This document shows positions 49,282 to 58,446 of a stretch of DNA of 64,000 nt, in pieces. Under the pieces are notes generated by a model. It had not been told where the DNA came from. It saw nothing but the letters and a program-made list of their open reading frames with translations, and ran no database searches. The stretch is taken from contig CAWGJT010000013.1 in the NCBI GenBank assembly GCA_963822965.1, positions 32,001-96,000 of the forward strand, written 5' to 3'. The stretch is from an uncultured delta proteobacterium. Its GTDB lineage: Bacteria; Myxococcota_A; UBA9160; UBA4427. Positions within the stretch are counted from its first letter, which is position 1; each line of letters opens with the position of its first letter. Position numbers and translations under genes: made by a program.

Positions 49282-50724
49282 GTGTTCCGCCTGGCGCTCC
49301 TCGCGTACGCGATCCTGCTGGTCGTTCCCCGTCTCGCCGGGGCCCAGTGCGAGCCCGTCAAGCCCCTGCCGTGCGCGGACTGCTTCGCGGTCTTCGTGAT
49401 GCCCGATACCCAGGGGTACACGGACGCGGCCACCCAGCCCGCCGGCGCGAACCACCTGGACCTGGTCACGCGCTACGTCTGCGACCACCGCACCGCCTGG
49501 ACCGAGCCCACCACCGGCAAGACGATGCCCATCCTGATGGTGATCCAGCTCGGCGACCTGGTGCAGCACCCGGACCGACAGGAATCGGGCGGGCCGCCTC
49601 TCACGGAGTGGACGCGGGTGTCTGCGGCCTTCGCGAACCTGGACGCGTGCACGCCGAAGGTCCCCTACCTGGTGACGGCCGGAAACCACGACCTGTCGCA
49701 GTCCAACTACGAACGCCCGAGCGTCGGGTACGAGACCTTCTTCGGTCCGGACCGCTGGGCGAGCCAGGGCGTCGCGTGCAGCTCGCTCCAGGACTGCGAC
49801 TGGGCGGCGGGGCAGTACTTCCTCGGCGCCGGCGACACCATCGTCGCGGGCTCGCGCAACAACCAGAACGGCGACGGCGGCAACCCGGGCCCGGCCACCG
49901 ACCAGGTGGGGCGCCACCGCGCCGGGCTGATCCGCGCACCCAACGGGCAGCCGTTCCTCTTCCTCGGTCTCGAGATGGCCTTCGACTTCCCCCCGCCCGC
50001 CGCCGGGAGCGAGGGCGCCGAGCGGGACGACTCCGCCTGGCCGAAGCGCGTCCTCGCGGCGTACCCCGCGGTGCCCACCGTGGTCTTCCACCACAGCATG
50101 CTCTGGGCCTTCCCGCCGCCCGACACCCGGGTGCGTTGGGGACCCGAGACCTGGCACTCGGACTCGATCACCCCGACCCCCGGCGACTACGCGACGGACC
50201 CGGACTTCGGGGCCACGGGCGGCATGCAGGATCTCTTCGACCTGCTCATCGAGCCCCATCCCCAGGTGCGCTTCCTGTTCACCGGGCACGTCTTCAACCC
50301 CACCCACCAGGCCGACTACACGATCCCGCGCAAGGCCGGGCGGCCGCCCGTGTGGGCCTTCCTGCGCAACTTCCAGACGGTCGACCTGGGGCTGCCGGGC
50401 GACGGAGACCTCTACGGTGTGGGCTGGAACGTGGTGGCGGTCTTCGATCCGGCGGCCGAACAGGTGCGCGTGCGCTCGTACCGCATCGACGACGGGGCCG
50501 CCTACGCGACCCCGCCCAGCAACCTGCTGCACACCGGGACACCGGTTCCCACCGAGTGCATGGAGACGGACCAGGGCGGCGTCGGCGAGCGGATCGTCCC
50601 GTGGAGCTTCAGCGCCGCGGGCGCCGTCGCGCCGGCCCTCTCCGACTCCGGCGCCGCGGGGCTCGCCGCGGTCGTCTCCGGCAGCACGGCCTGGCTCCTT
50701 CGCCGGCGCAGCCGGAACCCGTGA
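49282..50724 (+). CDS. Secreted calcineurin-like metallophosphoesterase with IPTL-CTERM-like C-terminal sorting signal
   Basis: PDTQ, LGDLV, GNHD, FHH, TGH; C-terminus APALSDSGAAGLAAVV...WLLRRRS. Confidence 0.75.
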   Translation: MFRLALLAYAILLVVPRLAGAQCEPVKPLPCADCFAVFVMPDTQGYTDAATQPAGANHLDLVTRYVCDHRTAWTEPTTGKTMPILMVIQLGDLVQHPDRQESGGPPLTEWTRVSAAFANLDACTPKVPYLVTAGNHDLSQSNYERPSVGYETFFGPDRWASQGVACSSLQDCDWAAGQYFLGAGDTIVAGSRNNQNGDGGNPGPATDQVGRHRAGLIRAPNGQPFLFLGLEMAFDFPPPAAGSEGAERDDSAWPKRVLAAYPAVPTVVFHHSMLWAFPPPDTRVRWGPETWHSDSITPTPGDYATDPDFGATGGMQDLFDLLIEPHPQVRFLFTGHVFNPTHQADYTIPRKAGRPPVWAFLRNFQTVDLGLPGDGDLYGVGWNVVAVFDPAAEQVRVRSYRIDDGAAYATPPSNLLHTGTPVPTECMETDQGGVGERIVPWSFSAAGAVAPALSDSGAAGLAAVVSGSTAWLLRRRSRNP

Positions 50725-51809
50725 TCCACGTCGTCCTCGGTACGAAGGCGCAGCTGGTGAAGATGGCGCCGGTGATGGTGCGCCTGCGCGACCGCGGCAT
50801 CCCGTATCGCTTCGTCCACACGGGCCAGCACCGCGCCACGATGGACGAGATGCTGGACGAGTTCGGCCTGAAGCCGCCGGACGTGGTGCTGCACCGCGGG
50901 CGCGACGTCGTCTCGCTACCGCAGATGGCGCTCTGGACGGGGAAGATCCTGTGGCAGTGCCTCACCCGGCGCCGCGCGATCTTCGGCGACGAGCGCCGGG
51001 GCATCGTGCTCGTGCACGGGGACACCTTCTCCACGGCGCTCGGCGCCCTGATGGGGAAGGTCGCGGGGCTGCGCGTGGGCCACGTGGAGTCGGGCCTGCG
51101 CTCCTTCCGCCTCTTCCACCCCTTTCCCGAGGAGATCACGCGGCTGCTGACCTTCCGCCTGGCCGATTCCCTCTACTGTCCGGGCCCGTGGGCGCTCGCG
51201 AACGTCGCGGGCTACGGCAGCGAGCGGGTCGACACGGGCTGCAACACCCTCTCGGACACCCTGGCCCTGGCCCTCGAGCCGAGCCGCTGGGCGCGGCGTC
51301 GCCGCGACCACGTTCCCGGCGAGCCCTACGCGCTCGCCAGCCTGCACCGTTACGAGAACATCTTCGACCGCAAGCGCTTCGAAGCGCTGCTGGAGATCGT
51401 GGAAGAGCTGGCGCAGGGCGTCCGCGTGCTCTTCATCCTGCACCCGCCGACCGAGCGGCAGATCGACCGGCTGGGGCTCCGCGAGAGGTTGGAGGCCCAC
51501 CCCGGAATCGAGCTGCGTCCCCGCTACACGTACTTCGACTTCGTGACCCTGCTGGAGGGCGCCCGCTTCGTGGTGACCGACGGCGGCAGCATCCAGGAGG
51601 AGTCGTCCTACCTGGGCCTGCCGTGCCTGCTGCTGCGTCGCGCCACCGAGCGCCGGGAAGGGCTCGGTGAGAACGTGGTCCTCTCGGACTTCGACCGCGA
51701 CGTCGTCCGCCGCTTCGCCGCGAGCCCCGAGACGTGGCGGCGTCCCCCGAGCGTCCACACCCATCACCCCTCGGACGTGATCGTCGACTCCGCCCTGCGC
51801 TGGGCCTAG
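50721..51809 (+). CDS. wecB: UDP-N-acetylglucosamine 2-epimerase (non-hydrolysing)-like
   Basis: GTKAQLVKMAP, HTGQH, VHGDT, HVESGLRS, PEE, TDGGSIQEES, TER. Confidence 0.85.
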   Translation: MIHVVLGTKAQLVKMAPVMVRLRDRGIPYRFVHTGQHRATMDEMLDEFGLKPPDVVLHRGRDVVSLPQMALWTGKILWQCLTRRRAIFGDERRGIVLVHGDTFSTALGALMGKVAGLRVGHVESGLRSFRLFHPFPEEITRLLTFRLADSLYCPGPWALANVAGYGSERVDTGCNTLSDTLALALEPSRWARRRRDHVPGEPYALASLHRYENIFDRKRFEALLEIVEELAQGVRVLFILHPPTERQIDRLGLRERLEAHPGIELRPRYTYFDFVTLLEGARFVVTDGGSIQEESSYLGLPCLLLRRATERREGLGENVVLSDFDRDVVRRFAASPETWRRPPSVHTHHPSDVIVDSALRWA

Positions 51810-51858
51810 AAAACCGGCCCGACGTCCTCGAACCCTGCGAATGCGAAGCATTCGCCGT

Positions 51859-52788
51859 TCATGCGTCCAGCCGACCCGCGTGGCCGTCCGCCAGGCCACG
51901 GGAGAGCCACCAGGTGAAGATGCCGCCGAGCACGAAGACCACCACGATCTCGGCGGCGCGGGCCAGGGTCGAGGCCACCACGGCGTCCCGGAGGTCGAAG
52001 CCCGTCAGCACCGCGAGCCCGCCGATCAGGAACTCGCGCACGCCGAGGGCGCCCGGCACGACGGTCACGAAGCGCGTGAGCACCGCGGCGGCGTTGAAGA
52101 GCACGCAGGCCGCGAAGCCCACCGGCGCCTCACCCATCTCGAAGCAGAGCCGCAGGGCCACCGCCATGGCGAGCACGATCACCACCTGACAGGCGGCGAC
52201 GGCGGGCCAGGTGCGCCGCAGCTCGGGCCCCACGTTGGTCGCGACCGGGAAGAAGCGCCCGCTCACCAGCTGGTGCAGCCGCTCGGGCAGCAGCAGCAGC
52301 ACGCCCGAGGCCAGCATGATCGCGAAGCCGAGCCCCACCACGCCGAAGAGCGCGCCGCGAAAGGCGACCGCCAGCACCACCAGCCCGACCAGACCGTTCG
52401 TCGCCACGATCACCAGCAGCAGGGTCGTCTGCCCCACCGCGAAGCGCGCGAAGGGCATCTCGTGCACGCGCTTCAGGAACACCGCCTTGGCGACGAGCCC
52501 ACCCGCCAGGGGCAGGTAGTTGGTGAACGACGTGACGGTGACCAGGCGGAACCAGTCGAAGATCGTGGCGTCGACGCCCAGGGCGCCGAAGTGGAGCCGG
52601 TTGGCGACGCCGCGGACGAAGAGCGAGGACACGGTGAGCGCCGCCACCGCCACGAAGAGCCCGGGGCGCAGGGAGTAGCTGCCGGCGATGTAGCCGCGGT
52701 TTCCGTAGAGGAAGACCGAGAGCCCGGCGATCACCGCGCCGGTGACGAGGGGAGGAAGCCATCGCCGCAAGACGTCCCCCAGGCTCAT
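51859..52788 (-). CDS. Lysylphosphatidylglycerol synthase TM-domain/flippase-like membrane protein
   Basis: FTNYLP..GG, VPGALGVRE; multi-TM. Confidence 0.8.
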   Translation of the reverse strand: MSLGDVLRRWLPPLVTGAVIAGLSVFLYGNRGYIAGSYSLRPGLFVAVAALTVSSLFVRGVANRLHFGALGVDATIFDWFRLVTVTSFTNYLPLAGGLVAKAVFLKRVHEMPFARFAVGQTTLLLVIVATNGLVGLVVLAVAFRGALFGVVGLGFAIMLASGVLLLLPERLHQLVSGRFFPVATNVGPELRRTWPAVAACQVVIVLAMAVALRLCFEMGEAPVGFAACVLFNAAAVLTRFVTVVPGALGVREFLIGGLAVLTGFDLRDAVVASTLARAAEIVVVFVLGGIFTWWLSRGLADGHAGRLDA

Positions 52789-53570
52789 CGGCCCCTTTCC
52801 ACCCGGCGAATCCACTCGGGCTCGGTCCCGTAACCGTACTCGGCCATCAGCGGACCTGCGATGCGGTCGAGGGCCGCGCACTGGGTGTCGCTCCACTCGC
52901 GCCAGCCGGGCAGCGCCTGGCGCTCGGCGCGCCCGATGCGCTCGCCCGGGCGCACCGCCCCGCTCTCGCGGAACTCGAGCCCGAGCCACCCGCACAGGGT
53001 GCGCAGACCGCGGTGGGACGGATCGAAGAGCGCCTCGTAGGACACCACGCGATAGTCCGCGCAGTAGACGCCCACCCGGCTCAGGCGTCCGTTCACCACG
53101 GTCCACAGACCGGCGGCCCGGCCGAGCCAGTCGCCCGCATCGGGGCGGCCGGGCACCTTCGGGTACCAGTAGGGCAGCCAGCGGTTGGCGATCCCCTTCC
53201 ATCCCCGGGCCGTCCCGTGGCCCAGGGAAGACCGCACCTGCTCGCGCGGATCGCGGACGACGTGCACGACCGTGGGGCACCCGAAGACCTCGTCGAAGAC
53301 GTCGATGGCGCCCCACAGGAAGGGGTTCGACTCCACGTAGAGCTCGGTCTCGACGGGATCGATGGTGCGGCGCCGCTTTCGCTCCAGCAGCCGCACGAGG
53401 CGCTCCCGGGACAGGGCGCCGGCGGCGTGGGCGTTGGCGGCGAGGCGCACGCGATAGGCCGGCCGGGGCTCGTGGCGGGCCACCACGTTCTCGTAGTTGG
53501 CGTCGAAGTAGCGCGCCAGGAACTGGGTGCCCGTGCGGCCCGACGACACGATCAGCGCGATTCGCTTCAC
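52785..53570 (-). CDS. Sulfotransferase-family protein
   Basis: SSGRTGTQFL, HEP, HVVRDPR...S, SYEAL. Confidence 0.8.
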   Translation of the reverse strand: MKRIALIVSSGRTGTQFLARYFDANYENVVARHEPRPAYRVRLAANAHAAGALSRERLVRLLERKRRRTIDPVETELYVESNPFLWGAIDVFDEVFGCPTVVHVVRDPREQVRSSLGHGTARGWKGIANRWLPYWYPKVPGRPDAGDWLGRAAGLWTVVNGRLSRVGVYCADYRVVSYEALFDPSHRGLRTLCGWLGLEFRESGAVRPGERIGRAERQALPGWREWSDTQCAALDRIAGPLMAEYGYGTEPEWIRRVERGR

Positions 53571-53607
53571 GGGGGTCCCGGTCTTCCCTTCGCCCGCCCG
53601 CCGGCGA

Positions 53608-54660
53608 TCAGCGTCCCGATGCGGCCGGCGGGCCGTCGTCCGGGCGGACCGCCTGCCGGCGTCGCTGCTGGTAGAGGAGCTCTTCCAGGTAGACCCGGTG
53701 CCGGTTGAGCATGTCGCCGATCATGCCCGTGAAGACCAGCAGGAGCGAGAGCACGCCGAGGCCGGCGCCCGCGAAGCCCGCCCACTTGTGGGGAGAGAAC
53801 GACCCCGTCGCCAGGTAGTGGCCGAAGAAGAAGAGCTCGAGCAGCAGCGCCGGCGCGAAGAGCGCCGCCGCCAGCCAGCCGAAGAAGCGCAACGGATTGT
53901 AGTCGCGATAGGCGCCCACCAGGATGCGCATGGTGTTCATCGCATAGCGCAGCAGGCTGTTGGCCACGCGGCTCTCGCCGTACTCGCGCTCGCCGCGCAC
54001 GCGGATGGGCACCTCCACCACCCGCAGGCCCTTGAAGCACAGGTCCAGGAGCACCTCGTGGGTGTACGTGAACTTGCCCAGCAGGTTGAGGTGGAGCATC
54101 GCCTCGCGGCCGTAGCAGCGCATGCCGCACGAGACGTCCTGGAAGCGCTGGCCCGTCAGTCCCGAGACGATGCGCGCCACCTGTCGGTTGCCCCAACGCT
54201 TCAGGCGGGGCATCTCGGGCTCGAGGCTCGGGTCGAGGAAGCGCGACCCCGTCGCGCAGTCCGCCTCCCCCGCCAGCACCGGCGCCATCACGCGCGGGAT
54301 CTCCGCCGGATCGAACTGTCCGTCGGCGTCGAGCGTGACGAGGAGGTCGACGCCGCTCTCGCGGGCGTGCACGAGGGCGGTCTGGAAGGCGGCCCCGACG
54401 CCCCGGGTGACGTCGTGCCGGATCACCTGGGCTCCCGCGTCGCGGGCCAGCGCCGCCGTCTCGTCCCGGCTGCCGTCGTCCACCACCAGCACCCGCACCT
54501 CGCCCACGCCGTCCAGGCCGCGCGGGATCCGCGCGATGACGTCGGCGATGGTGGCGGCTTCGTCGAGGGCCGGGAGCGAGACCAGCAGGCAGACCGGCGA
54601 GTGCGACCCGGCGGACCAGACCGGAGGGGCGGTGCGGGCTGCGGGACCGCTGTTGGACAC
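53608..54660 (-). CDS. GT2 glycosyltransferase (polyprenol-phosphate type) with C-terminal TMs
   Basis: PALDEA, VVDDGSRD, DADGQ, GSRF. Confidence 0.88.
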   Translation of the reverse strand: MSNSGPAARTAPPVWSAGSHSPVCLLVSLPALDEAATIADVIARIPRGLDGVGEVRVLVVDDGSRDETAALARDAGAQVIRHDVTRGVGAAFQTALVHARESGVDLLVTLDADGQFDPAEIPRVMAPVLAGEADCATGSRFLDPSLEPEMPRLKRWGNRQVARIVSGLTGQRFQDVSCGMRCYGREAMLHLNLLGKFTYTHEVLLDLCFKGLRVVEVPIRVRGEREYGESRVANSLLRYAMNTMRILVGAYRDYNPLRFFGWLAAALFAPALLLELFFFGHYLATGSFSPHKWAGFAGAGLGVLSLLLVFTGMIGDMLNRHRVYLEELLYQQRRRQAVRPDDGPPAASGR

Positions 54661-54691
54661 CGGCGGAAGCTACCAACGGCGCCCGTTCGTG

Positions 54692-56257
54692 TCATCGGGA
54701 AGGACCGGGAGCACCACCCGGCCGGCTTCTGCCGGTCGCCTGCGCGTCGTCCCGGCGCACCCGGCCGAAGACGACCACCCGCTGCTGGCTCCAGGGCGCG
54801 GAGCGGAAGCGGTGCATGCGCGGATCCTCCCGGTTCTCGAAGGCGGTGTCCGGCACCGGCAGGGTGTACTCCACGTACTCGCCAGGCACGAGGGCGGAGG
54901 CCAGGGCCGCCTTCACCTGGCGATCCACGGCCGTGAAGGAGTGGTGCCGCAGGATGATCCAGTCCGCCCCCGCGGCCTCGGAGAGATCCTCTCCCGTGAG
55001 CCCACCGATCACACGCAGGTCGGTGTAGAACTTGAGGGGCATGTCGCCGTAGCTGATGGCGACGACGTCGCCCGGCTCGGCGCGCTGCTGGAGGAAGCGC
55101 ACGATGCCTTCGATGGGACCGTCGAAGTCGTGGGTGATCTCGTAGAGGAAGTCGTCGAGGGGGGAGAGCGCGAGCCAGACACCGAAGAGGAGCACCGCCA
55201 GCCCCCGAGAGAGCTGGGCCAGGGAGCCCAGCATGGCTCCGGCGACGAGAACGGCCGCTGGCGCCATGGGCGCCAGGTAGCGGAAGTAGGCACCCGGAGA
55301 GAGCAGGGCGAGGGCGACGATGCTCGTCGCGCAGAAGAGCAGCAGCAGGACGACGTGGCTGCGGGTGGCGGGCGCCACGGCGAAGAGCGGCTGCTTCCGC
55401 CACGCCCGCCCGGCGACGACGGCCGGCAGCGCCAGTCCCAGCAGCGGTCCCGGGAAGTAGACGAGCAGGTCGCGCGCCAGGTGCGAGCCGATCTGCCAGG
55501 TCACCCCGAGGCTCGTCAGGTAGTCCGCATACGCCTCGCCGTAGCGGATGCTGGAGAACCACAGGATCCACGGCGCGTTCGCGGCGGTGACCGCTGCCGA
55601 GACCCAGAACACGCGCGCGAAGCGCGCGCGCTCGAGCCACAGGCTGTGGACGAGGAGCGTCGCCAGGAGCGTCGCGGCGTAGAAGTAGTGGGTGTGGAAG
55701 AGCAGGGTCGCCGAGACGAAGAGCAGGACGGAGAAGCGCTTCTCGCCCGGCCCCACCCGCACGTACGCGTACAGCCCCAGCAGCCCGAAGAAGGCCGCCA
55801 TCCCGTACCAGCGGCACTGGCGGGCGAGCACCAGATAGGGGACGCAGAGCACCAGCAGACCGGCGCTGGCCAGGGCCGCCTCGCGGGTGCGCCAGAATTG
55901 CCGGGCCGCCACGTAGGAGAGCAGCACGGTGGCGACGCCGAACAGCGCGAAGGGCAGCCGGGCGGCCTCGGTGGTGGGGCCGAGCAGGGCGAAGAACGCG
56001 GCCACCACGTAGAAGGAGAGCCAGGTGTGCCACTTCCACACGTAGCCCTCGGCGTACTCGACCCCCTGCTCCTGGGAGAAGAAGTTCCGGCCGTCGCTGC
56101 CGAGGGGGATGCCGTGCTCCAGGACGGTGCGGGCGATGACGGCGGTCTGGGCCTCGTCCTGCCACAGATAGGACGAGTCGAGCCGGGCGAGGAGGAGCGC
56201 GGAAGCGAGCGCGCCGAGCAGGGCCAGCGAGATCCAGTCGCGATGGTCGTAGCGCAC
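54692..56257 (-). CDS. GT-C (ArnT/PMT-like) glycosyltransferase
   Basis: LWQDEAQT, ARLPFALFG, ARQCRWY, HTHYF. Confidence 0.8.
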   Translation of the reverse strand: MRYDHRDWISLALLGALASALLLARLDSSYLWQDEAQTAVIARTVLEHGIPLGSDGRNFFSQEQGVEYAEGYVWKWHTWLSFYVVAAFFALLGPTTEAARLPFALFGVATVLLSYVAARQFWRTREAALASAGLLVLCVPYLVLARQCRWYGMAAFFGLLGLYAYVRVGPGEKRFSVLLFVSATLLFHTHYFYAATLLATLLVHSLWLERARFARVFWVSAAVTAANAPWILWFSSIRYGEAYADYLTSLGVTWQIGSHLARDLLVYFPGPLLGLALPAVVAGRAWRKQPLFAVAPATRSHVVLLLLFCATSIVALALLSPGAYFRYLAPMAPAAVLVAGAMLGSLAQLSRGLAVLLFGVWLALSPLDDFLYEITHDFDGPIEGIVRFLQQRAEPGDVVAISYGDMPLKFYTDLRVIGGLTGEDLSEAAGADWIILRHHSFTAVDRQVKAALASALVPGEYVEYTLPVPDTAFENREDPRMHRFRSAPWSQQRVVVFGRVRRDDAQATGRSRPGGAPGPSR

Positions 56258-56358
56258 TGCCCGCTGCCCCCCGGACCGCCGTGCTACCCGTCTGTGGCCG
56301 GGCCGCCGCCGGCCGGCCACGATAGCGCGGCGCGCGATGCCACCTCCCTGCGGACGGC

Positions 56359-58446
56359 ATGGCGACGCCCGAGGAGAGTCGAGATCTCTTGACGATCGCC
56401 GCCTTCGGCATCGGCGCGGCCGCCCACCTGGCCGCCGCGGCGCTCGTGGTCGTCCAGAGCGCTGCGGGCGCACGGCTGCTGGGCCTGCTCGGCCTGCGGG
56501 AACGCCTCGCCGCCCACGAGCAGATCCTCTACGGATGGGTGGCCGGGTTCTCGGCCACGACCGTCGTGTGGATGGGGCTCGCCAGCGCGGGGGCGCTCGG
56601 TCCCGTCTCCGTCGCGACGGTGATCGTGGCCCTCGCCGTGTTCGGCGCGCCGGTGGTGCGCGATCTGGCGGACCGCATCTGGCGGGTCCTGCGGACCCAG
56701 GACCGTGCCGTCCAGGGTGCGCTCGGGCTGGGCGCCCTGGTCTTTGTGTTCTGGGTGCACCCCTGGTTCGTCGAGACCCTGCTGCCGAACAGCGACTGGG
56801 ACTCTGCGCTGTATCACCTGCCCCTGGCGGATCGCTTCCTCGCGGGATCGCTGTGGGGGCGGGATCCGTACTTTCCGGCCTTCTCGTTTCCGGGAGCGGT
56901 GCACCTGCTGTACGCGGCCCTGCTCGCCCTCCACCTCGAGGCCGCGATCGTCCCGCTGAACTTCGACGTGACCCTGCTCTCGGGCGTGGCGACCGTCGCG
57001 ATGGCCCGCCGGATCGGCCGCCGCGCAGCGCCGGCGTGGGCCGCGCTGGCCTTCGCGACGACGCCCATCCTCTGGCAGCTGGGCGTCGATCCCCGCATCG
57101 ACGGCTTCCTCGTGCTCTTCGTCGTGCTCGCCACGTATGCGCTCGTCCGCTTCACCCAGGAGGGCGACGACGACCGGCTGAAGCTCGCCGCCCTGTGTCT
57201 GGGAGCGGCCGTCGGCACGAAGTACACCGCCCTGCCGTTCGTCCTGGCCATCGGCGGGGTGGGCATCGGTGTCCGGCTGTGGAGCTCGAGCGGCTCACGG
57301 GGGCTCGGCCGACTGCTGGCCGTCACCGCGCTCCTGGTCGCCGTGCCCAACGGCGCCTGGTACGTCGCCAACAGCGTGATCCACGGCGACCCGGTCTTCC
57401 CGTTGCTGCGGGGCGACTACCGCGTGTCGGCTTCCGGCGAGCACGTCCATCTCGCCCGGGCGCACGAGGAGGAGAGCGCGGACGATCTCCGCGATCCCGG
57501 AATCCAGCGGCGCCTGCGCGCTCTCGAGCAGACGCCGCGCGAGGAGCCGGCGGCGAACCTCCTCGACCTGGTGGAGCTGCTGCGCGACCCCGAGCGCTTC
57601 GCGGTGAAGCCGAACCACGGCATGGGCGCCCTGCTGCTGGTCTCCCTCGCGCTGCCGCTCGTCATCCGCAGAAAGCCCGAGAACCGCCGCGCCGGTCTGC
57701 TGGTGTGGGGGCTGGGGTGGGGCGGCTACCTGCTGCTCGGGAGCCAGACCAACCTGCTGCGCTACGTGGCGCCGGTCCTGCCCCTGCTCGCCGCCGCCAC
57801 CGGTGTGGCGGTCGCCTCCCCTCGCTATCGCGGTCTGCTGCGCATCGTACCCGCGTCCATCGCCCTGGCGGGTGCCCTGCTGCTGGTGCGCGACCACCAG
57901 GCCGAGACCCGCAAGCTCGCCCTGCTGCAGCCCGACTTCGCGCTGGGACCGGGGCCCTCCATCTGGGGAGCGAAGGAGCGCCGCATCGAGTGGCTCCGGC
58001 GCGTCGGATACAACTTCACCCCGCCCATGGCCTGGATGAGCCAGCGGATCGACGCTCTCATCGCCGCCGGGCGCATGTCTCCGCAGAGCCGCATCCTGAT
58101 GGTGGGCGAGGGCAAGGCCCGCCTGCTCGACTGCGAGGCGCTGCCCGACTCGAGCTGGTTCGCACATCGCTTCGTCTCCGAGCTTCGCAACGCGGATCTC
58201 GACTACGATGTCCTGGCGATGCGGCTGCACGCCCAGGGCGTCACCCACGTGCTCTACAACCGCGCCTACTACCAGTGGGTGGCGAGCGACACGGACACCG
58301 CGCCGTCCCGTCTCGCCTTCGCGCTGGCGCACCTCGATCGCTTCCTCGAGAGCCACGGCACCCGCATCCTCTCCGGTGCGGGCATGGAGCTCTTCGAGCT
58401 GCGCTTCGGAGCGGGCGGCGTTCCGCCGAAGACGACGGTGAGATGA
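56359..58446 (+). CDS. GT-C-like multi-TM glycosyltransferase
   Basis: DWDSALYHLP, RIDG, GTKYTAL, WY..N....GDPVFP. Confidence 0.72.
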   Translation: MATPEESRDLLTIAAFGIGAAAHLAAAALVVVQSAAGARLLGLLGLRERLAAHEQILYGWVAGFSATTVVWMGLASAGALGPVSVATVIVALAVFGAPVVRDLADRIWRVLRTQDRAVQGALGLGALVFVFWVHPWFVETLLPNSDWDSALYHLPLADRFLAGSLWGRDPYFPAFSFPGAVHLLYAALLALHLEAAIVPLNFDVTLLSGVATVAMARRIGRRAAPAWAALAFATTPILWQLGVDPRIDGFLVLFVVLATYALVRFTQEGDDDRLKLAALCLGAAVGTKYTALPFVLAIGGVGIGVRLWSSSGSRGLGRLLAVTALLVAVPNGAWYVANSVIHGDPVFPLLRGDYRVSASGEHVHLARAHEEESADDLRDPGIQRRLRALEQTPREEPAANLLDLVELLRDPERFAVKPNHGMGALLLVSLALPLVIRRKPENRRAGLLVWGLGWGGYLLLGSQTNLLRYVAPVLPLLAAATGVAVASPRYRGLLRIVPASIALAGALLLVRDHQAETRKLALLQPDFALGPGPSIWGAKERRIEWLRRVGYNFTPPMAWMSQRIDALIAAGRMSPQSRILMVGEGKARLLDCEALPDSSWFAHRFVSELRNADLDYDVLAMRLHAQGVTHVLYNRAYYQWVASDTDTAPSRLAFALAHLDRFLESHGTRILSGAGMELFELRFGAGGVPPKTTVR

